NCBI GenBank assembly: GCA_965222575.1
Contig: OZ244958.1
Span: 1,056,001-1,120,000 of the forward strand
DNA: 64,000 nt
Direction of reading: 5' to 3'
From: Alphaproteobacteria bacterium
GTDB lineage: Bacteria > Pseudomonadota > Alphaproteobacteria > G965222575
A program made the translations under genes and the position numbers. Below are positions 1 through 9,185 of this stretch, piece after piece; within the stretch, counting starts at the first letter, position 1, and each line of letters starts with the position of its first letter. The notes beneath the pieces were generated by a model that was given only the letters and a program-made list of their open reading frames with translations, had not been told where the DNA came from and made no database searches.

Positions 1-2
1 GG

Positions 3-581
3 ATTGGCACGTCACTTTGGGGGCGTAATAAGTCTCCTGCTAATAAGAGGCCTTATCTTCCCGGACAGCATGGTCCATCTAAAGGGCGGGGGCGATTGAG
101 TGATTATGGGGAGCATTTATTGGCAAAGCAAAAGTTGAAGAGATACTATGGGTCTGTGATGGAAAAGGCTTTTCGCAATATTTATGAGAGAGCGTCTAAG
201 AAGAAAGGGAATTCGGCTGAGAATTTGGTGATGTTGCTGGAGTCACGTTTGGATACGGCTGTGTATCGTTTGAAGTTTGCCCCGACGATTTTTTCTGCGC
301 GTCAAATGATTAATCATGGTCATATTCGTGTTAATGGGGCGCGGGTGAAAATCAGTAGCTATACCTTGTCTATTAATGATGTGGTGGAGGTTATTCCTTC
401 TATGGTGGAATCTAATCTGGTGATACAGGCGGTGGATAGTCAAGAAAGAGAAGTGCCTACTTATTATTCTGTAGATCATAAGAAGATGCAGGGTTCTCTT
501 TTGCGTCTCCCTGTTTTAGGAGATGTGCCTTACCCGGTTGAAATGTTTCCTAATCTTGTGGTGGAGTTTTACTCTCGGTGA
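3..581 (+). CDS. rpsD: 30S ribosomal protein S4 (5' end outside the window)
   Basis: Frame is open from position 3 (IGTSLWGRNKSP...PGQHG...SDYG); LESRLD and ARQMINHGH S4 motifs; ends VVEFYSR. Confidence 0.97.
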   Translation: MGTSLWGRNKSPANKRPYLPGQHGPSKGRGRLSDYGEHLLAKQKLKRYYGSVMEKAFRNIYERASKKKGNSAENLVMLLESRLDTAVYRLKFAPTIFSARQMINHGHIRVNGARVKISSYTLSINDVVEVIPSMVESNLVIQAVDSQEREVPTYYSVDHKKMQGSLLRLPVLGDVPYPVEMFPNLVVEFYSR

Positions 582-585
582 GAGA

Positions 586-1332
586 TTAAAGGCGTTCGTA
601 TTGAAAAAATTTTCTAATTTTGCCCTCTTTTTTGGCTTTATTTTCATATCGTGTAGCAGGCCAATCTGAGGGTCGGCTGGGGCTTTGATTGGTAGTTTCT
701 TCAAAATGCAGGCAGGAAAATTCTTTTTGTTTCCCCATGATATGGTCACTCCATTGAGCCATTGTCTCATGGTCAGTGGCTATTCTCAGGAGTCCGCCTT
801 TTTTCAGAATGATGCTTAAGGTTTGAGCGCTTTCCAGCTGCAAGTATCGGCGTTTTGCGTGTCGTTTTTTAGGCCAAGGGTCGGAAAAGAGCAAAAAACA
901 ACGCTGTACAGAATTTTCCGCTAACGTATCCAAAAACGCTTCGCCTTTGTTGGGGACAAAGGCAATGTTTTGTATTTTTTGGCGTTCAATGGCTTTGTGA
1001 AGTTGCGCTAATCCGTGAAGAAAAGGGTCTATGCCTATCATGGCAATGTTTTTATGATGTAAGGCTTGCCATAAGAGATGTTCACCCCCCCCGAAGCCAA
1101 TTTCTATCCAGAGGTGGTCAAAGTTTTGTTGAAAATCTTCAATGGTTTGAGGACTGTTAAGACAATAGGGCGAATGAAAAATATCTTGTCTCTTGAGAGA
1201 CAAAGAGGTACGAAAGCGTGCTTTTGTTGTGTAAAAGCTGTTATAGGCGTAAGAGGGCCTCTTGCAGGGAGGGGGACTCTTTTTCCCAAGGGAAGGCGCC
1301 TTGTTCAGTGGGTTTGCGTCCGAAGTGTCCAT
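586..1332 (-). CDS. trmB: tRNA (guanine-N7)-methyltransferase; start uncertain
   Basis: IEIGFGGGEHL, FSDPWPKKRHAKRR, ATD and TRYENKA motifs; follows metK. Confidence 0.93.
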   Translation of the reverse strand: MDTSDANPLNKAPSLGKKSPPPCKRPSYAYNSFYTTKARFRTSLSLKRQDIFHSPYCLNSPQTIEDFQQNFDHLWIEIGFGGGEHLLWQALHHKNIAMIGIDPFLHGLAQLHKAIERQKIQNIAFVPNKGEAFLDTLAENSVQRCFLLFSDPWPKKRHAKRRYLQLESAQTLSIILKKGGLLRIATDHETMAQWSDHIMGKQKEFSCLHFEETTNQSPSRPSDWPATRYENKAKKEGKIRKFFQYERL

Positions 1333-2410
1333 AGCTAGCAGTGATTTTATAGAAAGGCGTTTGTAAGTTAAGATGTTTGATAATGCCTGATGGCGTGAGG
1401 TCTAGAAGGTTTGGGAGGGCTTTTTTCACTCGTTCTTCACTAATTTTGCCTGTGCCTAAGAAGTCGCAATATAAAGCTACTGGCTCTGCTAAACCGATGG
1501 CATAGGAAAGCTGTATCAGGCATTTTTGCGCAAGACCGCTTGCTACAAGATTTTTTGCGATATACCGCGCCATATAAGCACCGGAACGATCGACTTTCGT
1601 TGCATCTTTTCCTGAGAAGGAGCCTCCTCCATGAGACAAATACCCTCCATAGGTGTCTACCATGATTTTGCGCCCAGTTAGTCCTGTGTCTCCATCAGGG
1701 CCTCCTATGATAAAATTTCCGGCAGGGTTAGGCAAGATGGTACTTGTATCGTTGATAAAATCCTTTGGAAGGGTTGCTTTAAGGACTTTTTTTAAGTGAG
1801 ACCGTACCTCTTCCAAAGGCATATCTTTGGAATGCTGGCTTGAAATCACCGCAGAATGTAAAGACTGTGGGCACCCTTGTTCATACAAGAGAGTCACTTG
1901 GCATTTTGCATCTGGGTAGAGGAGAGGGCAAGTGTTTTGACGATAGGTCTTCAAGTGCTTCAGAATCTCATGGGCATAAAAAATAGGGGCAGGCATAAAA
2001 TGTAGCGTTTCATCTGTAGCATAGCCAAACATTAAGCCTTGGTCACCAGCTCCTAGGGACTTGTCCCCTCTCGCTTTTATTCCTGTTGCTATATCATGGG
2101 ACTGGCTGTGAATAAAATTGCTAATTTCAACTGTTGCCCAATGAAAAGAGGACTGTTCATAGCCTATCTCTTTGAGCGTTTGGCGCACAATCTCTTTTGT
2201 TTGTTGAGGTGTTAACAGGGGGGCTGAAACTTCTCCAGCTAAGATGACTTTCTTTGTGGTGACTAGGACTTCTATTGCTGTCCGTATGCTAGGGTCTTTC
2301 TTGAGATAGGCGTCTAGGAGGGCATCTGAGATGATATCACAAATTTTGTCCGGATGACCGCAGGAAACAGACTCAGCAGTCAACAAACAGCTATCAAGAC
2401 AAGGAAACAT
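1241..2410 (-). CDS. metK: S-adenosylmethionine synthetase
   Basis: ESVSCGHPDKICD, GAGDQG, GLTGRKIMVDTYGG, GGGSFSGKD and YGHFGR motifs. Confidence 0.98.
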   Translation of the reverse strand: MFPCLDSCLLTAESVSCGHPDKICDIISDALLDAYLKKDPSIRTAIEVLVTTKKVILAGEVSAPLLTPQQTKEIVRQTLKEIGYEQSSFHWATVEISNFIHSQSHDIATGIKARGDKSLGAGDQGLMFGYATDETLHFMPAPIFYAHEILKHLKTYRQNTCPLLYPDAKCQVTLLYEQGCPQSLHSAVISSQHSKDMPLEEVRSHLKKVLKATLPKDFINDTSTILPNPAGNFIIGGPDGDTGLTGRKIMVDTYGGYLSHGGGSFSGKDATKVDRSGAYMARYIAKNLVASGLAQKCLIQLSYAIGLAEPVALYCDFLGTGKISEERVKKALPNLLDLTPSGIIKHLNLQTPFYKITASYGHFGRKPTEQGAFPWEKESPSLQEALLRL

Positions 2411-2463
2411 GAAGGAAAAAACAATCTTTGCGGTAAAAAGCGTGTAGCATGTAGTCTAAAGAA

Positions 2464-4383
2464 TTACGGCAGAGCATGCATCTCATTTTCAAAAAATTTA
2501 TGCTTTTGTAAAGTTGGTATTTCATCAATAAACATGCTTGGAGTATTGATTTTGAGCTTTCCGAACATGACACGACTTTGGGTGTAGGAAATGATACATA
2601 AGGTTTTAGCCCGTGTAAGGCCTACGTAAGCGAGGCGTCGTTCTTCTTCAAGGTGTTGGGGTTCGTCCATAGACTTATTGTGAGGGCATAATCCTTGCTC
2701 CCAACCGGGCAGGAAGACATAATCAAACTCCAAGCCCTTAGCGGCATGCAATGTCATGATTAACACCCCTTGTTCTTTTTTAGCGGACATATCTGTGGCA
2801 AAGCTTGCATGTTCTAAAAAGGAATCCAGTGTTTGAAATGTTTCTATCATACTTTTGAGTTCTTCCAGATTCGCCAAGCGCGCTTCTTTTTCCAGAATTG
2901 GAGCGGTGTCCCAGATTTCTTTATAGCCACTTTCTTCTAGGACAATATGAAAGACTTCGCCTAAGCGCTTTGATGCTAAGAGGTCTTTCCAACGATAGAG
3001 ATTGTGAGAAAATTTCTTTAGGGCTTTTGTCATTTTGGATGATAAGGGGGCGTGTTCAAGGGCTTCTATGATGGACATATTGTCTTTGTATTGCTCGAGG
3101 GTTGCGAGGGTTTTAGGGCCGATGCCTTGTTTGGGGATACTGATGGCGCGACGAAAGGCGAGATTGTTATGGGGGTTGTGCAAGAGGCGGAGATAGGAGA
3201 GCATATCCTGAATTTCCTGACGTTGATAAAATTTGACATTACCAATGATTGTATAGGGAATAGAGGCGTTGAGGAGTTTTTCTTCAAAAACGCCGCTTTG
3301 GGCGCTGGTACGGGTGAGGATGGCAATAGACTTTAAGGGAACATCTTGTTGTTGTAGCTGTTCAATGGCCTGTACAATGACGGAGGCTTCCATATACTGG
3401 TCGCTACACTCCCAGACAGAGACAGGTTCGCCGTCTTTATCTGTTTTGAGAATTTTGCCTAGATGTGAGGTGTTGTGTTTGATGAGGCTATTGGCAGCTT
3501 CTAAGATAGGTTTTGTTGAGCGGTAGTTGGTCTCTAGGTGAACCACTTGGCAGTTATCATATTGTTCGGGAAAGTTGAGAATATTCTCTATAGCCGCGCC
3601 GCGCCATGAGTAAATGGACTGATCTTCGTCTCCTACGCAGCAAATATTATGTTCAGGGGCTTTCACCAGTTGCTCTAGCCATAAGCGCTGGGTGAGATTG
3701 GTATCTTGGTATTCATCTACAGAAATGTAACGAAAAAGATTTTGGTATTTTTGTCGGATACTGTCATTTTCTTTGAAGATTGTCAGTGTTTTGAGGAGCA
3801 AATCATCAAAATCACAGGCGTTGCTTCTCACAAGGGCTCTTTGGTAGGCAGGATAGAGTTTGAGGGCTATTTTTTCTAAGGTGTTCTCACTGTCATGTAA
3901 GAGTACATCTTTAGGGCGTAGGGCTTTTTGTTTCCACATATGGAGGTGATAGAGAATACCTTTAGGGTTGATGGTATTGTTAATATTGTTATCGGTTAGG
4001 AGGGTCTTTAGGAGGGCGTTTTGTTCTCGTTCTGAGATGATGGTAAAGGTTTCGGTGACGTCGCTTTTGTGGGCTTCTTGTCTTAGGATTTTGCTAGCAC
4101 AAGCGTGGAAGGTTCCAACGAAGGAAAAGGCAGGGAGAGGAAATTGTAGCAACTCTTGGAGGCGCGTGCGCATTGCTGTAGCAGCTTTATTGGTGAAAGT
4201 GACTGCTAGGATTTGTCTATGGGTAGATAGTCCTTTTTGCAGGATATAGGCTAGGCGATGGGTGAGGGTTTTGGTTTTTCCTGTTCCTGCTCCTGCTAGG
4301 ACTAGGAGGGGGCCTTGTGTATTTTCAACGGCTTTGCGTTGTTCAGGATTTAGAGAGGAGAAAAGGTTGTGAGTGATTTTCAT
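2464..4383 (-). CDS. uvrD: UvrD/PcrA superfamily 1 DNA helicase
   Basis: AGAGTGKT, VDEYQDTN, VGDEDQSIYSWRGA, TLHAAKGLEF and EEERRLAYVGLTRA motifs. Confidence 0.95.
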   Translation of the reverse strand: MKITHNLFSSLNPEQRKAVENTQGPLLVLAGAGTGKTKTLTHRLAYILQKGLSTHRQILAVTFTNKAATAMRTRLQELLQFPLPAFSFVGTFHACASKILRQEAHKSDVTETFTIISEREQNALLKTLLTDNNINNTINPKGILYHLHMWKQKALRPKDVLLHDSENTLEKIALKLYPAYQRALVRSNACDFDDLLLKTLTIFKENDSIRQKYQNLFRYISVDEYQDTNLTQRLWLEQLVKAPEHNICCVGDEDQSIYSWRGAAIENILNFPEQYDNCQVVHLETNYRSTKPILEAANSLIKHNTSHLGKILKTDKDGEPVSVWECSDQYMEASVIVQAIEQLQQQDVPLKSIAILTRTSAQSGVFEEKLLNASIPYTIIGNVKFYQRQEIQDMLSYLRLLHNPHNNLAFRRAISIPKQGIGPKTLATLEQYKDNMSIIEALEHAPLSSKMTKALKKFSHNLYRWKDLLASKRLGEVFHIVLEESGYKEIWDTAPILEKEARLANLEELKSMIETFQTLDSFLEHASFATDMSAKKEQGVLIMTLHAAKGLEFDYVFLPGWEQGLCPHNKSMDEPQHLEEERRLAYVGLTRAKTLCIISYTQSRVMFGKLKINTPSMFIDEIPTLQKHKFFENEMHALP

Positions 4384-4958
4384 TAAAGGGAGTGCTTTGA
4401 TTCTGTACCGGAGCAGAGGTTTTGAATATTCTTCTTGTGACGAAGGAGGATTAGGAGTGTGAGGAGCAGGAGGGGGATGGAGGTGTTAAAGGGAAGGGTG
4501 AGGAGGGCGAGAAGAGCAAGACTGCAAGATGCGCCCATGGAAGCGATACTAACATATCGGGTCAGAGATAAGAAGAGGATAAAAGCCCCTAGGAATAAAA
4601 GGGACATAGGAGGATTCAGTGCGATGACAACGCCTAAGAAAGTTGCAACGCCTTTCCCTCCTTGGAATCTGAGCCACAGAGGGAAGCAATGTCCTACCAC
4701 GCAGGCGATAGCGACCAAAGGGGCGGCGGAGGGGAGGATTATAAAGGTGATAGCGACTGGTATTGTTCCCTTTAGGATATCGGCTATCAGAGTCATGAGT
4801 GCTAGAAGGGGGGTAGTGGTTCTGAGGACATTGGTTGCCCCGATGTTGCCGGAGCCTTTTTGGCGAATATCCTCTTTGCCTGTTATCTGTGTGAGGAGGA
4901 GTCCGAAGGGAATACTTCCTAAGAGGTATGCTGCTATTAGGAGGGGGATGATGGTCAT
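4383..4958 (-). CDS. plsY: Glycerol-3-phosphate acyltransferase PlsY
   Basis: YLLGSIPFG, GSGNIGATNVLR and GHCFP..F.GGKGVAT motifs. Confidence 0.96.
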   Translation of the reverse strand: MTIIPLLIAAYLLGSIPFGLLLTQITGKEDIRQKGSGNIGATNVLRTTTPLLALMTLIADILKGTIPVAITFIILPSAAPLVAIACVVGHCFPLWLRFQGGKGVATFLGVVIALNPPMSLLFLGAFILFLSLTRYVSIASMGASCSLALLALLTLPFNTSIPLLLLTLLILLRHKKNIQNLCSGTESKHSL

Positions 4959-5818
4959 GGGCCTGCGACCCAGAGGAGGGCATTCATGCGTGCTATGACG
5001 CCGTTTTGGACTTGTTTTAGGATGAGACTTCTGGGGGAGTGTATGAGAGAAGGGTGCATATCCAGTGTGCCTTCTATGGGGCCGGGGTGTAAGAGCACGC
5101 CATGGGGGGGTAGAAGGTTTAGGGTCTCTTTGGTGATGTAAAAAGGGCTTATTTTGGTATTTTGTTTGTGTCGTTCGCGTTGGGGTCTTAGGACCATGAG
5201 GGCGTCGGTTTCTTTGAGGGCATCTTTGAGAGATGATAGATATCTTGCTCTTGGGAAAGTTTTAGGAGGGGGTAGCCAAGGGGGGGGGGCGATGAGGGTG
5301 ATAGTCATGCCTTCACTTTCCACAGCTGCTATGGTTGAGGGCACGACGCGGCTGTGTACGATATCGCCGCAAATGGAAAGCCTTTTTCCTTTTAGGGAGC
5401 CGAAGTGTTTTTTGAGGGTTAAAGCGTCTAGCAGTCCTTGGGTGGGGTGTTCTAAAGCGTCTCCGGCATTGATGAGGTGACAGGAGATGGAGGTTGCTAA
5501 GGGTTTGAGGGCGTGAGGCGTTCGGACGATGAGGATATCTGCTAGTTGGCTTAAGACGCAGAGGGTTTGGGATAGACTTTCCCCTTTTTCCAGAGAGGAA
5601 GTTTTCGCATCAAAACGTAATGTTTGTGCCCCTAAGCGCCCTGCGGCGCTTTCAAAAGAGAGGCATGTACGCGTGGAGGGTTCTAAAAAGACAAGGATGA
5701 TAGTATAGCCTTTTAAGGGATTATCACTAAGGGAGGGTAAAGGCCTAAGCAGTGTTGCGAGGTCTTCTTTTCTCAAGGTTTTAAGACCTAATAAGTGGCG
5801 GGGGGAAGAGGTTATCAT
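4955..5818 (-). CDS. pyrB: Aspartate carbamoyltransferase catalytic subunit
   Basis: EPSTRT, KGESL, INAGD..HPTQ.LLD, GDIVHSRV and HPGP motifs; ATG at 5818 preferred because it avoids overlap with the upstream gene. Confidence 0.93.
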   Translation of the reverse strand: MITSSPRHLLGLKTLRKEDLATLLRPLPSLSDNPLKGYTIILVFLEPSTRTCLSFESAAGRLGAQTLRFDAKTSSLEKGESLSQTLCVLSQLADILIVRTPHALKPLATSISCHLINAGDALEHPTQGLLDALTLKKHFGSLKGKRLSICGDIVHSRVVPSTIAAVESEGMTITLIAPPPWLPPPKTFPRARYLSSLKDALKETDALMVLRPQRERHKQNTKISPFYITKETLNLLPPHGVLLHPGPIEGTLDMHPSLIHSPRSLILKQVQNGVIARMNALLWVAGP

Positions 5819-5828
5819 GATGTGCGCT

Positions 5829-6605
5829 TTATAACACAAGTTGTAAGCCATCAAAGCCCGGTTCTATTGTGGGAGGTAGAGAGGCTTTGAGTTGTTCATA
5901 ATCCATGAAAGAGGAGAGGTTAGTGAGAATACTGCGTTTAGGTTGTGCTTCTTTTATCCATTTTAGGGTTTTTTCTAGGTGTGCATGGTTAGGATGCGGT
6001 TTGTATCGTAGGGCATCAACAATCCAGATATCAGTACCCTTAATGGTGTTGAAGGCTTCTTTGGAGAGAGAAACCACATCATTGCTATAGCAAAGAGAGG
6101 TTTCTGTTTTGAGGAGAGAAGAGCATTTTATGCCTAAAGAGGTTGTGTCTCCGTGTTCTTGTTGAAAAATCTGTAGTTTTAGTGTTTCAAAGGTGAGGGT
6201 TGTGGGAGGGTTTATGGTGTTTAGGTGGAAGAGCTGAGGGCGGTGTGTGGCATGGAAACAGTAAGAGAATCGTTGTGTTAGGGTTTTGAGGGTATGAGAG
6301 GTACCGTAGGCTTCTATAGGATGGTTGGTGAGGTCTCTGAAGGGTCTTATGTCTTCTATGCCGTTGACATGGTCGGCGTGGGTATGTGTCCAAAGGAGGG
6401 CAGTGAGATGTGTGAGGAACAAAGGGGCAAGTTGTTGTCGGAGTTCGGGGCTTGTATCTACGAGAATCACTGTGTTTCCTTCTTGAATCAGCAAACCAGC
6501 TCTACTGCGGTGGTTTTTGGGGTTTTTGGGGTTACAATCCCCCCAGAATCCATTGCTGTGTGGAAGACCTCGAGAAGAGCCGCAACCAAGGAGTGTGACT
6601 TTCAT
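5829..6605 (-). CDS. MBL-fold metallo-hydrolase (PhnP-like)
   Basis: LLGCGSS start, THTHADHVNG (HxHxDH) motif, typical position downstream of tatD. Confidence 0.92.
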   Translation of the reverse strand: MKVTLLGCGSSRGLPHSNGFWGDCNPKNPKNHRSRAGLLIQEGNTVILVDTSPELRQQLAPLFLTHLTALLWTHTHADHVNGIEDIRPFRDLTNHPIEAYGTSHTLKTLTQRFSYCFHATHRPQLFHLNTINPPTTLTFETLKLQIFQQEHGDTTSLGIKCSSLLKTETSLCYSNDVVSLSKEAFNTIKGTDIWIVDALRYKPHPNHAHLEKTLKWIKEAQPKRSILTNLSSFMDYEQLKASLPPTIEPGFDGLQLVL

Positions 6606-7387
6606 GATGATGATAATGAGTGGTTGGCTTTAGGAAAGAGGGTGAGAAAATTGTTAGTTGTTGCGGAGGCTATAGTTTTTAAGGGTGTGTTACGCAGTGT
6701 CGCTAAAGCCGAAGCGACATAGTAAACATAAGCGGGTTCATTTGGCTTTCCTCTGTGGGGAACGGGAGCAAGATAGGGGCTATCGGTTTCTATGAGTATT
6801 TTCTCTAAGGGGCACTGGCGGGCAATGCTAGCAATGGGGGAGGCATTGGGAAAGGTAATGAGTCCTGTAAATCCTAGATAAAAGCCTAGAGACAAAGCGG
6901 TTTCAGCTAAAGCTTTTGAAGAGGCAAAGCAATGTAACACCCCTTGAAAAGGCTCTTTGGCATATTCTTCTTCTAAGAGCTGTTTCATATCTTCGTCGGC
7001 ATTGCGGGCGTGGATTATCAGAGGCAGTGCCGTTTTGCGTGCCGCCTCAATATGGCGCAGAAATAAAGTATGTTGTAGCGCTTTTGGCGTCTTAGGACGG
7101 CTGTAATCCAACCCGCTTTCTCCTAAAGCTATAATGTAAGGTAAAGAAGAGGCATCAATTAGCTCCAAAGTGGTAACATTCTGATGAGAAGAAACATTCA
7201 AAGGGTGAATCCCAACGCTATAGCCTATATTCTGAAACATTTTTGTGAGATGATAGGTTTTGCTACTTCCCTCCAAAGTCGTCCCAACACTTAGAACATA
7301 TTCCACTCCTTTCTCCTTAGCCCTCAGGAGGCATTTTTCTAAATTGCCCTTTAGCATATCTAAGTGACAATGGCTATCTATGAGCAT
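6602..7387 (-). CDS. tatD: TatD family hydrolase
   Basis: LIDSHCHL, GESGLDY, GVLHCF, ETDSPYLAP and RGKPNEP motifs. Confidence 0.95.
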   Translation of the reverse strand: MLIDSHCHLDMLKGNLEKCLLRAKEKGVEYVLSVGTTLEGSSKTYHLTKMFQNIGYSVGIHPLNVSSHQNVTTLELIDASSLPYIIALGESGLDYSRPKTPKALQHTLFLRHIEAARKTALPLIIHARNADEDMKQLLEEEYAKEPFQGVLHCFASSKALAETALSLGFYLGFTGLITFPNASPIASIARQCPLEKILIETDSPYLAPVPHRGKPNEPAYVYYVASALATLRNTPLKTIASATTNNFLTLFPKANHSLSSS

Positions 7388-7388
7388 C

Positions 7389-7487
7389 TTACCCTCTCAA
7401 GAAGAGAGCCTTGAGCAGGGGAAGTAGAAACCCTAGGGCTACAAGGAGTAGCAGGGCTATGAGTGTGAAATGAAGGCGGCGTTTCAT
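7389..7487 (-). CDS. Putative 32-aa single-pass membrane peptide (not in the ORF track)
   Basis: Hand translation MKRRLHFTLIALLLLVALGFLLPLLKALFLRG*; its stop lies 1 nt before the tatD ATG. Confidence 0.5.
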   Translation of the reverse strand: MKRRLHFTLIALLLLVALGFLLPLLKALFLRG

Positions 7488-7560
7488 AGGGGAAAAGATT
7501 TTGATTGACCTGTGGGCTTATGCTACCATGTCAGATGGGATAAAAAAAGAGAGAAAGGGA

Positions 7561-7740
7561 ATGCCTATTTGGGTAACAGGCCTTTTGATTTTGGGGGTGA
7601 GTCAGTTTTTGACTTTACAGTGTGGGTATAAGGGGACACTGGAGCGTCCTGTATCTGAGTCTTATGATTTTCATCTTGGAGTGGTCAAGGAAGAGGGAAA
7701 TTTACCAGTCAAAGATGAGAGAATTATCAGGCTACTTTGA
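7561..7740 (+). CDS. Small lipoprotein, LptM/YifL-like (CGxKGxL motif)
   Basis: ATG at 7561 after AAAGGGA; hydrophobic signal then C-GYKGTLERP; lipobox is atypical (LTLQC). Confidence 0.6.
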   Translation: MPIWVTGLLILGVSQFLTLQCGYKGTLERPVSESYDFHLGVVKEEGNLPVKDERIIRLL

Positions 7741-9052
7741 GCAGGTCTTGTAGCTGTTTACGCTCGGGAGAATCTTTTGGGAGGTGTTGAAAAGCGCGAA
7801 AAGCCTGTTTACGGGCTTCTATCATATTCCCCATATAAAAGAATCGCATGGCATTACAGAAATAGGATTTGCCTAATCTTCCGTCTCTACCGTAGAAAAC
7901 AGATAACAGTCGCCAGCTATCGACACTATTGGGGTTATGTCCTAGTAATTCATGGAGGATAGTAGCGCCTTGTTGTTGATAAGCATAGTCTTTTTGCTTG
8001 ATGAGAGCGGAGGCTACTTGTAGGCGTACAGGGGAGTCTGATGTTGAAACCTTGAGAAGGAATAGAGCGGCTTTTAGGGCTTTTTGAGGCTGGTTGGAGG
8101 CAATGAAGAGATCGATAGAGAATTCTAGGAAATAGGGGTCTTCAGGGAATTGTTTTAGGAGGGAGGAGAGATATTGCAAGGCGTCTTTATAATAGCCTGC
8201 TCTGTAGCTTGCAATGGCTTTTGCGTATTGAGCTTGTATGGTTTGTTGGTTATTGTAATGACGGAAGACATTTTTGTAGGAATTGGTAAAGGCATAGACT
8301 TTCGCTTTTGAGCGCGCGAAGAGCGTCTGTAATTTTTGGTCGGTAGGGGTATCATGATAGGAAGAGTCTTTGACTGCGACTTCGATATGTTGTAGGCGTT
8401 TTTTCACATGGGGGTGAGTCAAGAGATATTCTGGTATGCTTTGTCCATGTTTTTCTGAGATGTCCCTGATTCTTTCCATAGCTTTTAAGTAGGGGATTCC
8501 TGAGAGTTGTGCTTTTTCTAGGATGGTGAGTGCGAACTGGTCAGCAGCGCCTTCGTTGTGTCTTATGTCTCTGAGGAAAGAGCGTGAGGCTAGTTCGGAA
8601 CCGCTGTAAGCGATAGCAGCCCCAGCCTCTGCTAACTTTGTATTCCCTCCTATAGTCATAAGGGCCATACCGGAGAGGATAGAAAAGACGCCAATAGCGG
8701 AAGAGGTTTGAGCAGATTCATCCAGTCGACTTAAATGCCCTCCTTGAATGTGTCCTAGTTCGTGGGCAATAATACCTTGTAGTTCTCCTGCTGATTCGAG
8801 GTGTTGGAAAAGTCCAGTGAAGATAAAGATTTTTTGCCCTTCTGCTACGAAGGCATTAAAATTGTGGTCTAAGATAATTTGCAAGGAGAGTTCTCTTCCA
8901 TCTTTTTCTGCAGCCTTTAAGAGTGGTTCTGTGATATGGTTCAAGGTATTTTCGAGTTCGGCATCGGAGATAATCACGAAGCTATAGGCAGGTACCCCAC
9001 TACAGAGAAGAAGGCTCACCAAGTACGGAAGAAAGCGTTTAAGAGAGAACAA
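7727..9052 (-). CDS. M48 family metalloprotease with TPR-like C-terminus (BepA/YfgC-like)
   Basis: Signal peptide, FNAF, HELGH zinc motif, EGAADQ, YLLTHP. Confidence 0.9.
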   Translation of the reverse strand: MFSLKRFLPYLVSLLLCSGVPAYSFVIISDAELENTLNHITEPLLKAAEKDGRELSLQIILDHNFNAFVAEGQKIFIFTGLFQHLESAGELQGIIAHELGHIQGGHLSRLDESAQTSSAIGVFSILSGMALMTIGGNTKLAEAGAAIAYSGSELASRSFLRDIRHNEGAADQFALTILEKAQLSGIPYLKAMERIRDISEKHGQSIPEYLLTHPHVKKRLQHIEVAVKDSSYHDTPTDQKLQTLFARSKAKVYAFTNSYKNVFRHYNNQQTIQAQYAKAIASYRAGYYKDALQYLSSLLKQFPEDPYFLEFSIDLFIASNQPQKALKAALFLLKVSTSDSPVRLQVASALIKQKDYAYQQQGATILHELLGHNPNSVDSWRLLSVFYGRDGRLGKSYFCNAMRFFYMGNMIEARKQAFRAFQHLPKDSPERKQLQDLLKVA

Positions 9053-9185
9053 GGGATTGGGAGATGGGTTTTGATTTGTAGGGGGTATGCACTATAGTAT
9101 AGCAAATAAGTAGTATTTACTCAATGAATCTCTTGTGTTGTATTTTTTTGAGCTATTGGTTGTTAGAAGGGAGAGATAAAGTCTT

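Noticed and set aside
5280-5289. G10 tract in pyrB as a phase-variation site
   Set aside because: It encodes a Pro run, the frame is intact, and G runs are common on this strand
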